DNA from: Candidatus Poribacteria bacterium
GTDB taxonomy: Bacteria > Poribacteria > WGA-4E > WGA-3G
Length of the DNA: 64,000 nt
Direction: 5' to 3'
Assembly: GCA_963663765.2 (NCBI GenBank)
Contig: CAXXUA010000005.1
Span: 352,001-416,000 of the forward strand
Made by a program: the position numbers and the translations under genes. The notes under the pieces were generated by a model. That model worked only from the letters and a program-made list of their open reading frames with translations, ran no database searches and was not told where the DNA came from. Of the stretch, positions 62,099 through 64,000 are shown in pieces. Numbering within the stretch: the first letter of the stretch is position 1; each line of letters begins with the position of its first letter.

Positions 62099-63808
62099 AT
62101 GGACGAAATCAAGAACGAAGTAAATGGCATATTAAAGGGTGCGATCCGCACAGCAATTGAAACAGGGGAACTTCCATTAGCGGAAGTTCCCATTATACCG
62201 TTTTCACCGACAAAGACACCTGAACACGGGGATATAGCAACACCAATCGCTTTGGGATTAGCAAAAAATGTTAATATGCAACCACGTGTGATCGCAGAAA
62301 TTATCAAAAAACATGTCAATCCAGATGAACACCCGAGCATCCGCAATCTTGAAATCGCGGGTCCGGGTTTTATTAATGTCTACCTTTCTAATTCATGGTT
62401 ATTGGACACACTTCGGACTATTATAGAGTCAGGGGATACTTACGGAAGAAGTGATATTGGCGGCAGGAAACGAGTAATGATAGAATTCGTAAGTGCAAAT
62501 CCTACAGGTCCGCTAAACATTGTAAGTGGTCGTGCTGCAGCAGTCGGTGACGCATTGGTTAACTTGTTAGACGCTGCAGGTTATGACGGTGTCAGAGAGT
62601 ATTACGTCAATGATGCAGGCGGACAAGTAGAACGGCTTGGTGAATCCATTGATGTTCGCTATCGGCAACTATTAGGAGAAGCCGATTTAGAAATACCCGA
62701 AGGGGGTTATCAAGGAGACTATTTACGAGATTTTGCAGAAACTATAGTTTCTGAAGCGAGAGATTCATTTCTAAATCTTAGTCAAGAAGAACGCATTTCA
62801 GAATTTCGGGATAAAGGAATAACCCATTTACTTCAACAGCAAAAAACTTCTCTTGAAAGATTCGGTGTCCACTTTGATGTATGGACAAGTGAGAAAGTTA
62901 TCCGAGACAGTGGAAAACCTGATCAAATAATAGAAAAATTCCGCGAAAAAAAATACCTTTATGAAGCTGAGGACGCGACATGGTTTCGCATGACAGATTT
63001 TGGTGACGACAAGGACTGTGTTGTTATCCGTACAAATGGCGAATATACCTATTTCGTTCCAGATGCTGCATATCATTATGATAAATATGAACGAGGATTT
63101 GATAAAGTAATCAACCTATTTGGACCGGATCATCAAGGACATGTGTTCCGATTAAAAAACTTTGTCAAAGCACTCGGTTTAGGAGATGACTGGTTGGATA
63201 TTGATATTATTCAACAGGTTAATCTGATGGATTCTGATGGTACTCGGTTGGATATGTCAAAACGAAAAGGAAAGTTTTATACACTTGATGCACTTATAGA
63301 TGAACTTGCAGAAAATGTCGGTGAACAGTTTGCTGTGGATGTTGCTCGATACTTTTTCCTCATGCGTGCTAATAATACTCATCTTGACTTCAACATTGAA
63401 TTGGCGATAACACAAGCAAACGAAAATCCTGTTTTTTATATTCAATATGCACATGCCCGGTGCTGCAGTATTTTTCATCAGGCAGCTGAACAACAAATAC
63501 ACTTAAAACCGATAGATGATATTTCGTTGGAACAATTGACTGAAACATCTGAGCATGAACTTATACGAAAGTTAGCGGAATTCCCATCAATTGTCATTTC
63601 CAGTGCTGAGGAACGTGAAGCACATCGAATTCCGCACTATCTACACGAGTTAGCGGGTCTGTTTCATCCATACTATAACCAGCATAGGGTCTTAGACACA
63701 GAAAATATAGAAAGAACTTATGCAAGACTCGTTCTGGTCCAGAGTGTACAAATTGTGTTAGCAAATGGTCTGAAGTTGTTAGGTATTTCTGCACCCGATT
63801 CAATGTAA
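62099..63808 (+). CDS. argS: Arginine--tRNA ligase
   Basis: HGDIAT, AGPGFIN, EFVSANPTGPL, EYYVND.G.Q, MSKRKG, YIQYAHAR, APDSM. Confidence 0.97.
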   Translation: MDEIKNEVNGILKGAIRTAIETGELPLAEVPIIPFSPTKTPEHGDIATPIALGLAKNVNMQPRVIAEIIKKHVNPDEHPSIRNLEIAGPGFINVYLSNSWLLDTLRTIIESGDTYGRSDIGGRKRVMIEFVSANPTGPLNIVSGRAAAVGDALVNLLDAAGYDGVREYYVNDAGGQVERLGESIDVRYRQLLGEADLEIPEGGYQGDYLRDFAETIVSEARDSFLNLSQEERISEFRDKGITHLLQQQKTSLERFGVHFDVWTSEKVIRDSGKPDQIIEKFREKKYLYEAEDATWFRMTDFGDDKDCVVIRTNGEYTYFVPDAAYHYDKYERGFDKVINLFGPDHQGHVFRLKNFVKALGLGDDWLDIDIIQQVNLMDSDGTRLDMSKRKGKFYTLDALIDELAENVGEQFAVDVARYFFLMRANNTHLDFNIELAITQANENPVFYIQYAHARCCSIFHQAAEQQIHLKPIDDISLEQLTETSEHELIRKLAEFPSIVISSAEEREAHRIPHYLHELAGLFHPYYNQHRVLDTENIERTYARLVLVQSVQIVLANGLKLLGISAPDSM

Positions 63809-63829
63809 CACCATTTTGGAGTTCCAGTA

Positions 63830-64000
63830 ATGGATATTAATTATAGAGAAATTGATAAATCCCATGTATGGCATCCTCTGTTTCAGCACCAACAGTTTGA
63901 TGAAACAGATCTATTAGTGATTAAATCTGCAAATGGCACTACTCTTGTTGATGCAGATGGACGCAAATACTTAGATGCATACTCCGCACTCTGGAATGTC
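63830..64000 (+). CDS. Class-III aminotransferase (BioA-like), partial
   Basis: MDINYREIDKSHVWHP...G..LVDADGRKYLDA.SALWNV; runs off the window end. Confidence 0.8.
   Translation, partial: MDINYREIDKSHVWHPLFQHQQFDETDLLVIKSANGTTLVDADGRKYLDAYSALWNV

Overview
This is a low-GC bacterial chromosomal window. It most likely comes from Candidatus Poribacteria (inference from the 'VEPxxKxTTTWxxLK' C-terminal motif on two secreted proteins, the PhyH/Uma2/TPR gene families, and a 23S rRNA gene without a linked 16S). Core content: infA paralog, moaA, an extended suf Fe-S operon interleaved with TA and nuclease genes, trpF, a Ski2-like helicase, a PAS-kinase/PP2C/STAS partner-switching cluster, an SBP-OmpA/vWA operon, a secreted metalloprotease, tRNA-Ala-23S-5S with its own three promoters, and argS. 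Mobile DNA is heavily nested. An ISAs1 sits inside tnpA of an IS605 (intact tnpB), which itself splits an antitoxin-like gene. An IS1380-like element sits inside a REP doublet. Several TIR-bounded MITE shells carry GTAG-type REPs. The most unusual signal is a 34-123 bp non-coding element found five times. It consists of one or more GAATGCC-loop-GGCATTC hairpins plus a fixed TTGATTTG end. It lies inside other repeats, at a C^G step with no target duplication where the junctions can be resolved. One end is fixed, the other is ragged, and the hairpin copy number varies.
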